DNA of 63,747 nucleotides, counting the filler, from Octopus bimaculoides (taxonomy: Eukaryota), in NCBI RefSeq assembly GCF_001194135.2. It is 7 parts of 6 records of this genome, joined end to end, with 100 filler letters (N's around TTAATTAATTAA, not from the genome) between each part and the next. Parts side by side here need not be neighbours in the genome. Positions count along the whole stretch, not along the records: positions 25,804 to 53,209 come from NC_068999.1; positions 53,310 to 57,760 come from NC_068993.1; 5 more parts are not named here. One strand, 5' to 3'. The position numbers were made by a program, and so were the translations under genes. Positions 39,836-54,914 of the stretch are shown here, piece by piece. Every line of letters starts with the position of its first letter. Position 1 is the stretch's first letter. The notes beneath the pieces are model-generated. The model had not been told where the DNA came from and did not search any database. It was given only the letters and a program-made list of their open reading frames with translations.

Positions 39836-40906
39836 CATATGTGTGTGTGTGTGTGTGTGTGTATGACACAGATCTATCTGGTTGACCTGGGGTGCATCAT
39901 CGGGTGTTGTGAACTGAGGTTATCAGGTGTTTTGGGTCTTTCAGCATCAGACATCCCCACCCTCACGACCCCACCCCACCCGGAGTTGATCAGACACCCT
40001 AGAGGAGTCACACACACACACACACGTATGCATAATGTATACAATTTATATATACACATAATATATATACATTACATACATTTCATACATACATACATGC
40101 ATACATACATATAGGTAAAGGTTAGGGTTTAGGGTTAGGATTAGGGTTTTTGTTACGCCGAAAACAGGTGGTGTATGTATTCTTTACCTCTTCCCATTTG
40201 TGCAGGTCGTTCAGCAAAAACTGAACTCTCATACATGGTCTTCGATGTGAGAGTCCATCGATCGTTTATTTTTATTGAGGCAGTGAGCTGTCAGAATCAT
40301 TAGCATGCTGGACAAAATACTTAGTGGCATTTCATCCATATTTAGGTTCCCAGTTCAAATTCCGTCAAGGTCGACTTTGCCTTTCATCCTTTCGGGGTCG
40401 ATAAAAATAAGTACCAGTTATGCACTGGGGTGGATGTAATTGACTCTAAGAAATATATATTTTTCTATGTAGATAACAAAAGAAAAACAAAAAAAATGAA
40501 AATGTTACAAAGTAAGAAATTGCAGTGTGGACAGAGGGAAATTAAAATTTTGAAAACGTAATTTCTGGACAAAATCGTATTAACCCCCTTTTATACGATC
40601 CTTCTTAAGAACAGAAAGCACTTTCATGCAAACCCATGCAAATTGTACCCTCACCCTTCACTATTAAACAAAAAAAAAAAATGACTTCCATTATTCCATC
40701 AAGTATATATCAGCTGTGCCGATTCTGTCCATAAGAATGGAGCAAATAATACAATGTNNNNNNNNNNNNNNNNNNNNNNNNNNNNNNNNNNNNNNNNNNN
40801 NNNNNNNNNNNNNNNNNNNNNNNNNNNNNNNNNNNNNNNNNNNNNNNNNNNNNNNNNNNNNNNNNNNNNNNNNNNNNNNNNNNNNNNNNNNNNNNNNNNN
40901 NNNNNN

Positions 40907-40953
<47 letters not shown>

Positions 40954-41519
40954 CCACGTTTTTTTTTGCAACGTCCTGTACCCAGATATGCATCTATATA
41001 TACATGTAGATGTAGGTATGTACATACATGTACGTATATATGCATATACTCATTTATCATTTGTATTATATATATATATATATATATATACATACACACA
41101 CACATATACTAGCAATACACACACGCACATTCAAATTTTCCAATTCATCTTCCCTACATTATCTTTGCATGCAAGCCACCTCTCTGTCTACCTCGCTACA
41201 GATATAGTAAAACTTCTTCAAAAGCTTTGTGTGTACGGCTGGCTCTACCTGAGCTAATCGTGTATACCTGTGTACTCTACACGCATAAATACATGCATAC
41301 CTTTGCACTTGTATCTACCTTTAACCGTCCGTCTATTTAGCGATACCCGATCTCTACCCCGAATATCTCCACCACCACCACCACCACCTTACCGGCTTCT
41401 TTACTCTATCTTCTTTCTCTTTCTTTTCTTCATCACCCTATTTTCTTCTTCCCTTTCTTTCACTGATGCTCACACGTCCACACCTTCCTCTACATCACCA
41501 CCATCTCCGATATTGCCAT

Positions 41520-41550
<31 letters not shown>

Positions 41551-41651
41551 GCTGCTGCAACTGCCATCATCATCACTACAATCATTAACATCACCATCAC
41601 CATCATTGTAGCAGCTGCTGCAGCTACTACTACTATCATAATGAGTGTTCT

Positions 41652-41683
<32 letters not shown>

Positions 41684-41699
41684 TCATCACCATCATTCT

Positions 41700-42485
41700 C
41701 CTATCTTTACCTGTTTCTCACCTTCGTCTCTCTCTCTCTCTCTCTCTCTAGCTACTGTTGTAAAAGAGAGAGAGAGATTGTGTGGGATAATCCGGAGTAG
41801 AAGTTTTATAAGAAAGAAAGAAAAGAAGAAAAATATTCCTTCTGTCGATGAGTCATTCAATTTTTCTTCTTTCTTTCTTTCTTTCTTCTCTCTCGTTTCC
41901 TTCATCTTCCAATCCAGTGACTAGCCTCTCTCTCTTATATCTCATACCGTTTCTAATCTCTTACTCTTTCATATCTATACCCCTCTCTCTATCTCACAAC
42001 TCTTTCTACTCTTTTAGTGCTTTGCCTCCCTCTCTCTGTATTCTCTTTCAGCGCTTTGCCTCCCACTCTCTGTATTCTCTTCTACTCTTTCATATCTTTA
42101 CTCCTCTCTCTCTTACTCTGTCTCTGACTTTACCACTTCCTTCTACCCTTACGTCCTCTTTCTGACCTTTCCTTCTCTTTGTTTCTTCCCTTCCCCCCTT
42201 TCCTCGCCTATTACTTTCTTCCTCTCTGTCTCTGTTACTGACTCTTGCCCCTCCTCCTCCTCCTCTGTCTTTTTGCTTCCTCTTCCCATACAAACTTCTG
42301 CTTGACGTTCCACTTGTTGTTTCCTCCCTCTCTACACACAGTCTCCCCTTCCTCCTTTGACTTTCTTACTTTCTCTCTTTCCACCACGCTCTCACTTCCT
42401 CACTCAGTCACATTTTCTCTCTCTTACTCATTCTCTCTCTCCCTTTCTATTCTTCTGTTCAGATCTCTTAGTCTTTCTCTTCCCC
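41700..42485. repeat. ~800-bp imperfect polypyrimidine (CT-rich) tract
   Basis: Directly visible C/T strand bias with (CT)n runs. Confidence 0.85.
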
Positions 42486-42859
42486 CACATAATTCAGCCA
42501 CTCGCTCTTCCTTCTTCATGGCTATGTGTGTTCTTATTTATAAAATTATGGAAGAAGACACAAGACCTTACCAACCGTTAACTGACATCCGCTGCCTAAC
42601 AGAACATTCTTTATGATTTATTATTTACAATTAAGGCAGTTTGTGGGGGAAAAAATTAAACGAAAGTTACAAACTTTCTCTCTTTGGCCAACTTTCTTTT
42701 CATACATACATACATATATATAGATATATATGTATATAGGTATGTATGTCACATACGTATACACTTCTTATTTAGCCTATTCTCTTTTCATCTATATATA
42801 CACATACTTTATTTAGCTGTTTGTCTTTACATATATGTGTGTATATAGTGCGCTCTGGC

Positions 42860-42902
<43 letters not shown>

Positions 42903-44393
42903 GCTTATTTTAATTGTTAATTTTTTTCTTGTATGAGCTTTAGAAGTGTACTAATTACTAAAATTAACTTTAATTAACCTCAACCACCCACCTCATCTGC
43001 TCCAAATAGCAGAAAACCAAGAACACCGCCACTAATCATCACCATCATTACAAGAGATGGAAGTATAAAACTTTTTTTTCAAAGTTCTGACAGCGAAACA
43101 AAAACTACGAAATATTAAAATAATTTTAAAACAAAATGGGATATCTGGATGAAAAATGGAATATTCCTTAAGTGAAGTGTATATACATATGTATACATCT
43201 TTTCCTGGAGTTTTACAGTTCAAAAGTGTGTTAAAATGATGTACTGAAAAAAGGTATGGCATAATTATATTTGACCTCTGTTTCTGGTATGAAGTTGGTT
43301 CAATGAAACTTTTTTAAGTGTGGAATTTCTGTCTGACAGCGAAGAATTGTGTTTTGACATCTGGCTATTTTGTACCCCTCCCCTTTTTTTCTTTTTACAT
43401 CTGGGTTTTCGTGCTTTTACAAAAAAGGTTAATCAGCTGTAATCTTTNNNNNNNNNNNNNNNNNNNNNNNNNNNNNNNNNNNNNNNNNNNNNNNNNNNNN
43501 NNNNNNNNNNNNNNNNNNNNNNNNNNNNNNNNNNNNNNNNNNNNNNNNNNNNNNNNNNNNNNNNNNNNNNNNNNNNNNNNNNNNNNNNNNNNNNNNNNNN
43601 NNNNNNNNNNNNNNNNNNNNNNNNNNNNNNNNNNNNNNNNNNNNNNNNNNNNNNNNNNNNNNNNNNNNNNNNNNNNNNNNNNNNNNNNNNNNNNNNNNNN
43701 NNNNNNNNNNNNNNNNNNNNNNNNNNNNNNNNNNNNNNNNNNNNNNNNNNNNNNNNNNNNNNNNNNNNNNNNNNNNNNNNNNNNNNNNNNNNNNNNNNNN
43801 NNNNNNNNNNNNNNNNNNNNNNNNNNNNNNNNNNNNNNNNNNNNNNNNNNNNNNNNNNNNNNNNNNNNNNNNNNNNNNNNNNNNNNNNNNNNNNNNNNNN
43901 NNNNNNNNNNNNNNNNNNNNNNNNNNNNNNNNNNNNNNNNNNNNNNNNNNNNNNNNNNNNNNNNNNNNNNNNNNNNNNNNNNNNNNNNNNNNNNNNNNNN
44001 NNNNNNNNNNNNNNNNNNNNNNNNNNNNNNNNNNNNNNNNNNNNNNNNNNNNNNNNNNNNNNNNNNNNNNNNNNNNNNNNNNNNNNNNNNNNNNNNNNNN
44101 NNNNNNNNNNNNNNNNNNNNNNNNNNNNNNNNNNNNNNNNNNNNNNNNNNNNNNNNNNNNNNNNNNNNNNNNNNNNNNNNNNNNNNNNNNNNNNNNNNNN
44201 NNNNNNNNNNNNNNNNNNNNNNNNNNNNNNNNNNNNNNNNNTCTAATTACTTTTTCTCTGCAAGAGAGGAGCTGGAAGATTCGTCTAGTGGCTGACCAGG
44301 AGATTTCCATTTGCCGGTACTTAACGAAAATAACCAGATCGGTATTCTACCGTTCCTATCATTCCATAGAATCTTTCTACACTGTCATCTTGC

Positions 44394-44441
<48 letters not shown>

Positions 44442-47400
44442 TTATATATTATACATCCGCACGCGCGCGCGCACACACCCGTCACATTCCGTAACGCAAG
44501 GAGGCCGTCGGTGCACCCCACAAAGACGTAACTTCCCTCCCTCTATCTTTCTCGATCGTGAGCCAGCCTCATTTTTTTTATCATCTTCCTTCCTGTTCCA
44601 TTACCTGATGTTGCTCTTAGCTACCCAACTTCATGGACTTCTGTACGGCACGGTGAGGTTGGGCTTTCTGCTCTGACATGACCATATTTGCTATATATAT
44701 ATATATATATATATATTACACACACACAGGTACGACATCGACTTTCTGGACACTGATATTCTGGAACTTCTAATGATTTGCACTAATTTACACTGATGTA
44801 CAGGTACCTGTATTTCATATAATTTAAGTAAATTTAATGTTTTGTTTAATTTAGAGTGCATTGACTTAATTAAGTAACCACTTCAGGTTCGGGAAAATCA
44901 GTGTTGTACCTGTGTGTTTGTGTGATGTGCCATTTCAGCCCATCCTTCCACGGGTAACTTTATACAGATATTGTACACCTTATATCGTATAATCATTTGT
45001 ATGGAATGTGGTTCAAAACGGAATGGTACTGAAATAGTTGTAGGCGATATTAAACTTGTGGCTTTACTTATATCGTTTTTTTTCCTTGACATACATATGT
45101 TACCCTATGGAATACTTCCACACCAATTCTATCATTGGTGAGCAGCTGAAGTTTTTGAGGAAGTACCAGTGTTAAAAGTGTGATTAACCAGGAATTGGTA
45201 TTGAGTGCTAACGCTTGTGTTCTATAAAGCATTGACTACCATACTCTTGTTTGCTGTATGTTACATGCATAGAAATATACACACACATGTATATTGTTGA
45301 ATGTGTACGTGATCAAGATCCCCCACCCCAAAACACACACACACGTCACTTAAAAAAACAAAAACAAGGACCCCATCACATACAAAAATGCGTTACATTT
45401 TACCCTATTTACAAAGAAACCATCATTTTACATAAATAACTCTACTAAGGACTGATCAAACCGATTTAATGACAGTTTTATGACCTCTTTTATAGACGTA
45501 CAATATAACTGCTTAGTTTTTGTAGACATTGCGGGGAATTCCACACGTGTAGAGGAGTAGATAATAGTCTATGATCTGTGATTACTAAGACTAATTAGAC
45601 TGATTTAATTATCGTTTTTATAAGATATTTTATAAACAATAAAACAATATATTTTAGAATTTCTGTAGAAGACATTCGCTGTGTCCAGTTTCTCGTTTTT
45701 GTGCTCCTTTTTGTTTAGTACCGAGGGACGAGGTGTAGTTTATGTACAGATTATATATATGTGTGTGTATGTATGCATGTATGTTTGTTTACGCTGAAAT
45801 GGGTTCTTTCATTTGTAGTATACAAACATACATATACCCAAATATGTACATACACATACAATAGTTTTGTAATACACATATTAGTGAATAAACACGTCCA
45901 CAACTCTAATAATGTGTATGGTAGTTTATTGAACACAATTATCAAAATACAAACTTTCGCTCACATTTTTCCAAAATATTGACAGACCTGTAAACATTAG
46001 AATCCTCTGTCTGTTTGTGTTTGTTAATTAGGGAGTCCAAATAGAAGTTTACTTAAATTTATACAACTCATTTACCATCAAAACACTTTGCCTTTCCAGA
46101 AATAAGACTTTTTTCTCTTTTAAACTTTTAGATCAATATATTGCACTTTTAAAAAATGTTTATTAACAATCTCCAGTAAGGTGTTTCGTTATATAACAGG
46201 CAAGAACACAAACAACATTAGCTAGCACCTTTCTTTTGACAAGTCAGCTTCCAATTTCTTTCACACGTAAAAAGACGAGGTAATATACATGTGACGAGTA
46301 TACACACGCACAGCTGTAAAGTTATATAGGTAACTAATGAACCTAAAGCGCATTCCACAAGCACCTGTCAAACTAACGCACACACAAGCACCATCATCAT
46401 CATTTAATGTCCTATGCTGGCATGGGTTGCACTGTTTGACAGGAGTTGGCTCTTCTGTCAGCTTCGATAGGGTGTCTACGGCTGGATGCCCTTCTTAACG
46501 CTAACCACTTTAATACAGAATATGAGATGCTTTTACGTGGCATGAGAGGCAATAAGGTCACCGAGTAACTTGCAGAACAATACCTCATCAACTGAGAGGA
46601 CAGAAAAAAGGTGTCTTGCTGTAGAGGAGAAATGTTGGCTACCTAAGTTGTAGAGAGAGAGAGATGAGATGGGGATGCTGTACACTCAAGTTACAGAGGT
46701 GTGTACGGTAAAGTGGACCGGAAGATTGGAGGGGCGGGTGGGTGAGTTCGCGAGATTTCTAAAAGAGTGAGTGATGGAGGGGGGGTATTAGAAAGGTATG
46801 TTGTGGGGAATAGATTGGACGAATTGTGTGCAGGTAGGTCCGCGAAGGGGATTTGGAGACAAAAGGGAGGGGATACAGTGGGTGGTGGGGTAGGGGTGTG
46901 TTGGTAGGATGAGATGTAGGGGAGAGGTGTTTGTCAGGGGACAGACTGTGTGGGGTGGGTGGGGAGATGGACATAAGGGACATGCCTTTATGGCTTCGAT
47001 TTTACTTAGCTAGATGGGAATCTTCTGAAGCACAGCAATTCNNNNNNNNNNNNNNNNNNNNNNNNNNNNNNNNNNNNNNNNNNNNNNNNNNNNNNNNNNN
47101 NNNNNNNNNNNNNNNNNNNNNNNNNNNNNNNNNNNNNNNNNNNNNNNNNNNNNNNNNNNNNNNNNNNNNNNNNNNNNNNNNNNNNNNNNNNNNNNNNNNN
47201 NNNNNNNNNNNNNNNNNNNNNNNNNNNNNNNNNNNNNNNNNNNNNNNNNNNNNNNNNNNNNNNNNNNNNNNNNNNNNNNNNNNNNNNNNNNNNNNNNNNN
47301 NNNNNNNNNNNNNNNNNNNNNNNNNNNNNNNNNNNNNNNNNNNNNNNNNNNNNNNNNNNNNNNNNNNNNNNNNNNNNNNNNNNNNNNNNNNNNNNNNNNN

Positions 47401-48710
47401 NNNNNNNNNNNNNNNNNNNNNNNNNNNNNNNNNNNNNNNNNNNNNNNNNNNNNNNNNNNNNNNNNNNNNNNNNNNNNNNNNNNNNNNNNNNNNNNNNNNN
47501 NNNNNNNNNNNNNNNNNNNNNNNNNNNNNCCCACCAATTAATAAATATTATCTTCATAAAATCTGCACCCTCGAAAACATACTCCTTGCAAAATTTCATT
47601 TTAAAACTAAGTACTTTTAAGGGAAATTATGACGAAACAAAGTCGGGGCATCAATGTATAGTTATACCTTGTCATCTTCCGAGAGGTAACTTAAAGTACA
47701 CACAGATACCTCGACACAACTTGCGGGGTGGGGGGGTTTCTGTGTGTATTTGTTTACTAAGAGGCCAACTGTTTTTCTTTTCCCACGGGGTCAGTTGTAC
47801 TTCATAGCAGCGAGCAGGATAAGGAGCCCGGAACGAGCCTGGCCTGGTAGATAGATACTACATCGGATTACCTGCTTTTCGACCGCGAGTTCATTTTGCG
47901 GCAGGCGTTGTTTTATTGTATTCTTTTCTCTACCCAGCAACATTCTTCTACATTGTCTCTGTTTTCTGACACCTAACCATCAGAGTATATTGTAAAACTT
48001 AAAAATTATAAGAATGTCCACTTAACGAAATGTTTATATTAGGACCATCATTACTCAACTGCATTCCTTTGATTATTATCACGAATATGGTCACTCCTTA
48101 GCAATGTTATTTCCTTCGGTCTGAACCACTGTTGTGTCACGATTAAAGTTTCCTTTCGCAATCTTTTACTCCACTCCTTGTTCTTGGGTTTCGTCTATTT
48201 TGGTCGTTTTTCTGCTGATCTAAGCGGAATAGATGTGGATTTATTTGAAATAAATATATTTAGGCTTGTCTTAAGATTTTGAAATTGCACCTTCCAGTGT
48301 TCGAATTTCTGCTTATAAATTACGCACGTAAGGTGTACGCATATAAGTTAATGTATATATGTATATATATGTACACACACTAGATATTTAGGTTCGATCA
48401 GTGTTAGTCGGGTGAGGCAACCTACACATGCGTGCCCCACCCGCAATTTGCTTTTGCGTAATTTTCAGAAAAAACGGATAATTTTAAATGAAATTCTCAA
48501 CATATACGCTTCAGATGGTTTTGATTTCGATTATATTGGAATTTGTTGTGGAAGGGAATATGTGAGTGAGAAGAAGGGTTTCGTAAAATTCTCGTGGGTC
48601 AGCTTTGTTTCCTCCTAACATTTTTATGACAATTTCAACGAATACCTTTCAGAATGTGTAATTTACGATTATATCGTAATTTAATATGAAAAAAAAAAAA
48701 AATTTTTGAC

Positions 48711-49068
48711 GTGGTAAGTAGCTTGCTTACGAACCACATGGTTCCGGGTTCAGTCCCACTGCGTGGCACCTTGGGCAAGTGTCTTCAACTATAGCCTCGG
48801 GCCAACCAAAGCCTTGTGAGTGGATTTGGTAGATGGAAACTGAAAGAAGCCCGTCGTATATATGTATGTGTTTGTCCCCTCCCCCCACCAACATCACTTA
48901 ACAACCAATGCTGTTGTGTTTACGTCCCCGTAACTTAGCGGTTCGGCAAAAGAGACCGATAGAATAAGTACTAGGTTCACAAACAATAAGTCCTGGGGTC
49001 GAGTTGCTCGGCTAAAAAGCGGTGCTCCAGCATGGCCACAGTCAAATGACTGAAACAAGTAAAAGAGT
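48711..49068 (+). mobile_element. SINE family A, near full length
   Basis: Head, core and tail all present and closely similar to the 60863 copy. Confidence 0.93.
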
Positions 49069-50099
49069 ATACATACTGACACACGTTAGACGCATCTACA
49101 AAATGAAACTTGGAATTTCAGAAAAAATTGTGATTGTATGTCAGTATGTATGTCTGTGTGCTCACCATTTTTTTTTTTCTTTCTTTTTCGTGTGTATTTA
49201 ATTTCGGTATAACCGTAATCTTCACATTCTGAAAAGTATTTGTAGAAAATTTCATTAATAAAAAGTACCCATTATTCTGAAAGTTATAGAAAAAGTAAGT
49301 CAACTCGTATGAATTTTCCGAAATTCATCTCCCCGCTCACAAACATTTTTCTTTTTCACAACAAATTCTGATATATAATTCGAAGTATATTTGTAGAAAA
49401 TTTCATTATAAAATATCCATTTTTTAAAAGAATTTATGAGGAAACAAAGTCGGTGGGTGTGGGGCACAATTGCGTAGGTAGGTAGATATTTAATCATGTT
49501 TCACGTTACAGTCATGCTTTGGGCACCATAACCCATTTGGGTAGGTAAGGAGTTATTGTTTGTTGCAGAGAGATATCCAGGTGTAGGTGCTTTGACTGAG
49601 ATTTCTTGAAGGTGGGAGCATGTGTGCGCATGTGGAAGGGGGATGGTGACATTGACGTGTGCGTGTGTGCATGTATAGTTGTGTGGATGATGGTGTAGGT
49701 GCTGGGAAGTGGTCAGTGCTAGTGTGTGCGGGGTGGTGTGGTGGTGTTGGGGTGTGGGGGAGGTGAGTGTTTCTGTGTCTGTATTTGTCCAGTTTTGGAC
49801 AGTTTGCCAAAAGCAACCAAGAGAATAAGTCCCAGGCTAACGACTGAAACAATTAAAAGTCTATTGACAGTAATTGTATCTCACTTAGGAACAAGACCCG
49901 AAATTTGAGAATGGGAACAACTGATTAAATCCACTCCAGTACGTGACTGGTACTTTTCGTTGCTCCATGTTGGATGAAAATCAAAATACACCATAATGAT
50001 ATTTGAACTCGGAATATAAAGTGCTGCAACTAATGTCCGAATGAGTTTTGTCCAACACTTTGACAACAAGGTGTGTCACTCGGAGGTCAATTCTCTGCT

Positions 50100-50395
50100 T
50101 TGAGAGGTCACAGCCCTTGTATGAGAGACATGATTAGAATGCTGTAGGAATGGCTCATAAGACGGATTCTTCATACTGAGTCAACCAGTAAGAGACCTAG
50201 GAGTAGACAAAAAAAGAAGATGGCTGGATTAATATCCATAGTTTCGTTTGGTCATGTTTGGGAATCTCAGTGGAAAGTGTAATGAGGGTTGCTTCTGAGT
50301 AGAACCCTATGGAAGAGGCGCCTGAGAACTTGACCCCCAACAAACCCTCCCCGGAATAAAAGTGGGTGGTAAAAATGAATGGATGGGCTTTGACC
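50100..50395 (+). mobile_element. Decayed RTE-like LINE 3' end
   Basis: LIRRILHTESTSKRPRSRQKRRWLD, followed by an (ATGG)-type tail. Confidence 0.6.
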
Positions 50396-51414
50396 AACAC
50401 TCTAATGATTATACCAATCCACCAAACAACAACAACAACAATAAAAATAAAAATAAAAATAATAATAATAATAATAATAATGATAATAATAATAATAGCA
50501 ACAACAATCTCCCCTCGTGACTATATATTTAAAAAACAAATGACGAGAAACAAAAGGTTATTAATAGCAATTAGTTTAATGAAACCTCATTATAAAACTT
50601 TTTACTGAAGTTAAACAAAACATTTTTTTTTAAGTTCATTACCATAACAACTTAAATTTTGTCTAATTATTCCAATGAACTGCCTTTATAATTAGCAAAC
50701 TTAGTTTATATGGCATAGGGAGAGTGTATAGTTGATTCTAGCTACTAAGATGTAATTTACATCTAGTTAATTACTGTCAACGTTATTATCTTTATTGATG
50801 ATAACTGATAGAATTTTTGATGCCTTTGGACAAAATTCTTGCCAACATTTCTTTCGTCCTGTGCCTACAGAAAAATGGATCGTTATTATTAATTATGAGG
50901 CGTTGCACTGGCAGAATTGTTAGCACACCAGGCAAAATGCTTAGTGGTATTTCGTCTGTTTTTACATTCTGAGTTCAAATTCCTGCCTTTCATCCTTTTG
51001 GGGTTGATAAAATGAATACCAGTTGAACACTGGGGTCGATGTAATCGCCCAGTCCCCTCCCTCTAAATTTCAGGCCTTGTGCCTACAGTAGACTTCACTG
51101 TAATGGCTCTACAATTGTGATGAATTGATTGACTATGAATATCTTCTCAACATGTGCTTTGTGTAATTTGCCATTTGTCCCGTCTCTTGGTAAAATAATC
51201 ACTTTCCTTCGACTTTCCATCAACATGATGTGTGTGTACAGTTGTGTCCTCACCCTCTTCCCCATGTTTGTAAACAAAAGGCTCATTGTTAATAGTCTAT
51301 TGTTTGCAGTTCTTTGCAAAGCCATATCTGGTCTGTTTGTTGTCTGTTAGATTATGTGGTTACAATAATCCCTTGCCATATCACGGTTCACCTACCGCAG
51401 TTTATTATTTAAGC

Positions 51415-51711
51415 CAGGGATTTTCAAACTGTGGTCCGCGTACCACAGGGGGTCCGCAAGGACAAGACAGGGGGTCCATGGACAGCAAATACTTTTTATG
51501 GGCAATTTGATTTTATATATGTTTTTTAATCGAAATCTTTTAATTGACAACAAACCTATTTGTTAAATACTGTTAAATAAATAAATGTAAAAATATATGT
51601 TATTTTAAGCAAATATTTATGTATAAATTTCATAAGCATTTATAAGGGGGTCCCTAAGTTAAGGCATGAAATATAAAGGGGTCTGCAAGTCAAAAAGTTT
51701 GAAAACCCCTG
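51415..51711. mobile_element. hAT (Charlie-like) MITE with intact 8-bp TSD
   Basis: TIRs cagggattttcaaact / agtttgaaaacccctg; TSD atttaagc at 51407-51414 and 51712-51719. Confidence 0.92.
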
Positions 51712-51799
51712 ATTTAAGCTTACGTTGATTCCTCCGTGGTGTTATTTTGCATTTATAATAAAATAAATATATACAAATTATAAAAATAATTAAGAAAAA

Positions 51800-51894
51800 A
51801 ATATACAGTACAGTACTGTTTCTACTTCACAGATTTTCACATTTTGTTGGGGTTTTTGGAACATAACACCCATGACAGTCTAGGGATTACTGTA
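51800..51894. mobile_element. Tigger-like MITE terminus
   Basis: Ends gggattactgta, the same TIR type as at 20194. Confidence 0.5.
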
Positions 51895-52671
51895 TTAACT
51901 TGCTTGGAAACAGGGTTGGCATCGGGAAGGGCATCCAGCTATAAACCCCATAACATTCCGACAGTTCCTGGATAAATTCCAGATAAACTATCTACACCCA
52001 GTTATATCCCTACAAAGAACAACCCTTTAACCTTAAATGGGTTATGGTGCTCAAAGTATGACTGGAACATGAAATAAGATTAAATGTCTTCTGCAGTTGG
52101 TGCTATTAAGTCAGTCGTGGCTTGGGCCAGCGATGCTGGTGGCGGTGGTGGTGTTGAAAGTAGTGGTGGTGGAGGTGGTGTATGTTGACTAACTGAAATC
52201 TCACTTTATCATTGTGTTTTAATAAGGTTTTTGATAAAACAATTTTAACTTAAATATGAACACATGCGAGTCCTTCAGACGAATTACTGATATTGAAAGG
52301 GTTAAACTCAATAAAAATATCAAGTGTCTTATATTATTACTGTTGGCGGCAGTTTTATTTTTCCACTCTTTGATAAGATAAGAATTTGTTACTGAAATAT
52401 TTCTTAGTGGTGATTGGGTTGTGGGGGGGGGGGGTTATCCTAGGTCAACCCTGATTGAGCTAATTGTATCATGTAAGGCATTCCAGCCATGGCTATCCTA
52501 TCTGTTCCTCGTATATCATGTACATTATCTGTCTCGGCATATTTTTAAGACTGGTGGCTGACAGTAGTGATGGCTGTGTTGACTAAACAAATCTGTGATC
52601 AGACATTCCAGTTGTGACCATCCCATCTTTTTCTTAAAGATAGTAGTGATTTGAGGAAGATTTGTCTACTA

Positions 52672-52840
52672 TAGGCGCAGGAGTGGCTGTGTGGTAAGTA
52701 GTTTGCTTACCAACCACATGGTTCTGGGTTCAGTCCCACTGCGTGGCACCTTGGGCAAATATCTTCTACTATAGCCTCGGGCCGACCAAAGCCCTGTGAG
52801 TGGATTTGGTAGATGGAAACTAAAAGAAACCTGTCGTATA
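52672..52840 (+). mobile_element. SINE family A, 5' half
   Basis: ggcgcaggagtggctgtgtggtaagtagtttgcttacc... Confidence 0.9.
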
Positions 52841-52852
52841 TATGTGTATATA

Positions 52853-53200
52853 TCTATATATATATAAAAATGAGAATGTGTGTCTGTCTGTCTGTCTGTG
52901 TGAATCCCTAAAACTCGAGAACTACGCAACCAATTTCATTCAAATTTTACACATGCCTTACTTAGGGTTCCAGTTGTGTTTTAGTCAAAAAAATTTATTA
53001 ACTTCTTGCAGAGTTCGAGCACACGGCAACATAATATCTCCTCCACTATTTAAGTATTACGTGTCAAAAGTGAAACAAAAACACTCATGTCAAATACTTT
53101 CACTTTAAAAATGAAACTATTCCACTAACTGAAACAATCACATTTCGATACTGTAGTGACAGATACTTTCACAGAGAGAGAAAGAGAGAGACAGAAAGAG
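52853..53200 (+). mobile_element. Helentron/HINE-like element, 5' part, inserted in the SINE microsatellite
   Basis: TCtatatatataaaa start, (GTCT)n microsatellite, then aactacgcaaccaatttcattcaaattttacac; the 3' end is probably lost in the gap. Confidence 0.55.
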
Positions 53201-53309
53201 AGAGAGAGANNNNNNNNNNNNNNNNNNNNNNNNNNNNNNNNNNNNNNNNNNNNTTAATTAATTAANNNNNNNNNNNNNNNNNNNNNNNNNNNNNNNNNNN
53301 NNNNNNNNN

Positions 53310-53580
<271 letters not shown>

Positions 53581-54851
53581 TTGTTGTTGGTATCATTGCT
53601 TTTTAATTTACTGTTGAAGAATACAAAACTATTTACTATCAAGTTTTTGTTTGATTAGTTATAACTGTTTTTTAAATCTTAGTTTGTGCATCCAGGATTA
53701 TCGTTTTTAGAATTTGTAGGTCGTTTAGAAAATATTTTTAATGTTGATTTTGTGATTGTTACCGACATTCATTATGTTACGACTGAATAACTTGAGATAT
53801 CATAAGTTTTTTAATGCGAATTTGCTCCCAAGACGGAGGTATGTAACAAGTAATAAAAGAGATCTCGAGTTGTCCCCAAGACCATAAAACGATCAACAGA
53901 ATAGCAGAGAACATATAAATTAAGATAATATTTATCAGAAGAAGAAAGAAACGAGTTATCTATAATAGATGCCCAAAGAAAGAAACTAATGGAGTAAAAG
54001 ACATTTCTTGGAAGAGGTGACTACAGAATTAGATTCATTCGTTTAGTAATCTTAAGACGAAGAAGAAAAGAAAATTGGTTGGAACCGAAGAAGCCCTATC
54101 ACTGTGATGTGAGAGGGCTTGATTTTTAGCAGCCAAAGAGAACTAATAATGAGAGGAATTAACTTTTGAACTCGATCACGAAGAGAAAGAACACTGTTGA
54201 AAGCACCAAGCAAAATGGTTAAACAGTAACTGAAATAAAGATGAATAAGAGACATATAAAACTGAAAACGTTTGATTGAAAGATGCTCACGTGTTCGATA
54301 TCGAGGACCAACCGCCATAATGGCTCATTTTGCAATATATCTAATATAGTCATTGAAAGTCAGATCGTTAGAAAAAAAGACTAAATCTAAAAGAGAGAGA
54401 CCATAAGTCTCATAAAGAACAGTCTCAGACATAGAAATAGGCATATTATCAAAAGTTCTCTGTAACAATTAATGGAAAGTGGCTTAGATTTCGCAGAGTG
54501 GTTTAATGAAAGAAGTGCGTCAAATGACATATAAAACACATCCTTGCTGTATTGCATCTGACATTTGGAAAGAAGACAGGATTAAATCCGCATGTGTTAC
54601 GGGTTCGTTGCTTATTGGTGGCTCTTAGAAGGCTTCCAAACAACTTGAATCTTATAATTGAATCTGATTTGTTTGAATCACATCCATATGAAGAATGCTC
54701 TATTTAACACGATCACATCTGGTCATTGAAAAATAGTAACAATTATATAATTTATTATGATAAAACATTCACTCTGCACAACATAAGGTATGCTCTCGTT
54801 TTTGTGCACGAAAATACTAAAAATTACTTCGTCTTATTATTATTATTATTA

Positions 54852-54910
<59 letters not shown>

Positions 54911-54914
54911 TTTG

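Noticed and set aside
40206-40246. Strong acceptor followed by (G)RSAKTELSYMVFD|gtgaga
   Set aside because: Isolated 41-nt candidate with no recognisable product or neighbouring exons.
44250-44680. Possible exons of a second gene (RSWKIRLVADQEISICR on +; WNDRNGRIPIWLFSLSTGKWK on -)
   Set aside because: No family recognised and the splice signals are ambiguous.
53760-54480. Purine-rich decayed coding-like stretch ending IVIESQIVRKKTKSKRERP
   Set aside because: Many stops; possibly an old RTE remnant but too degraded to call.
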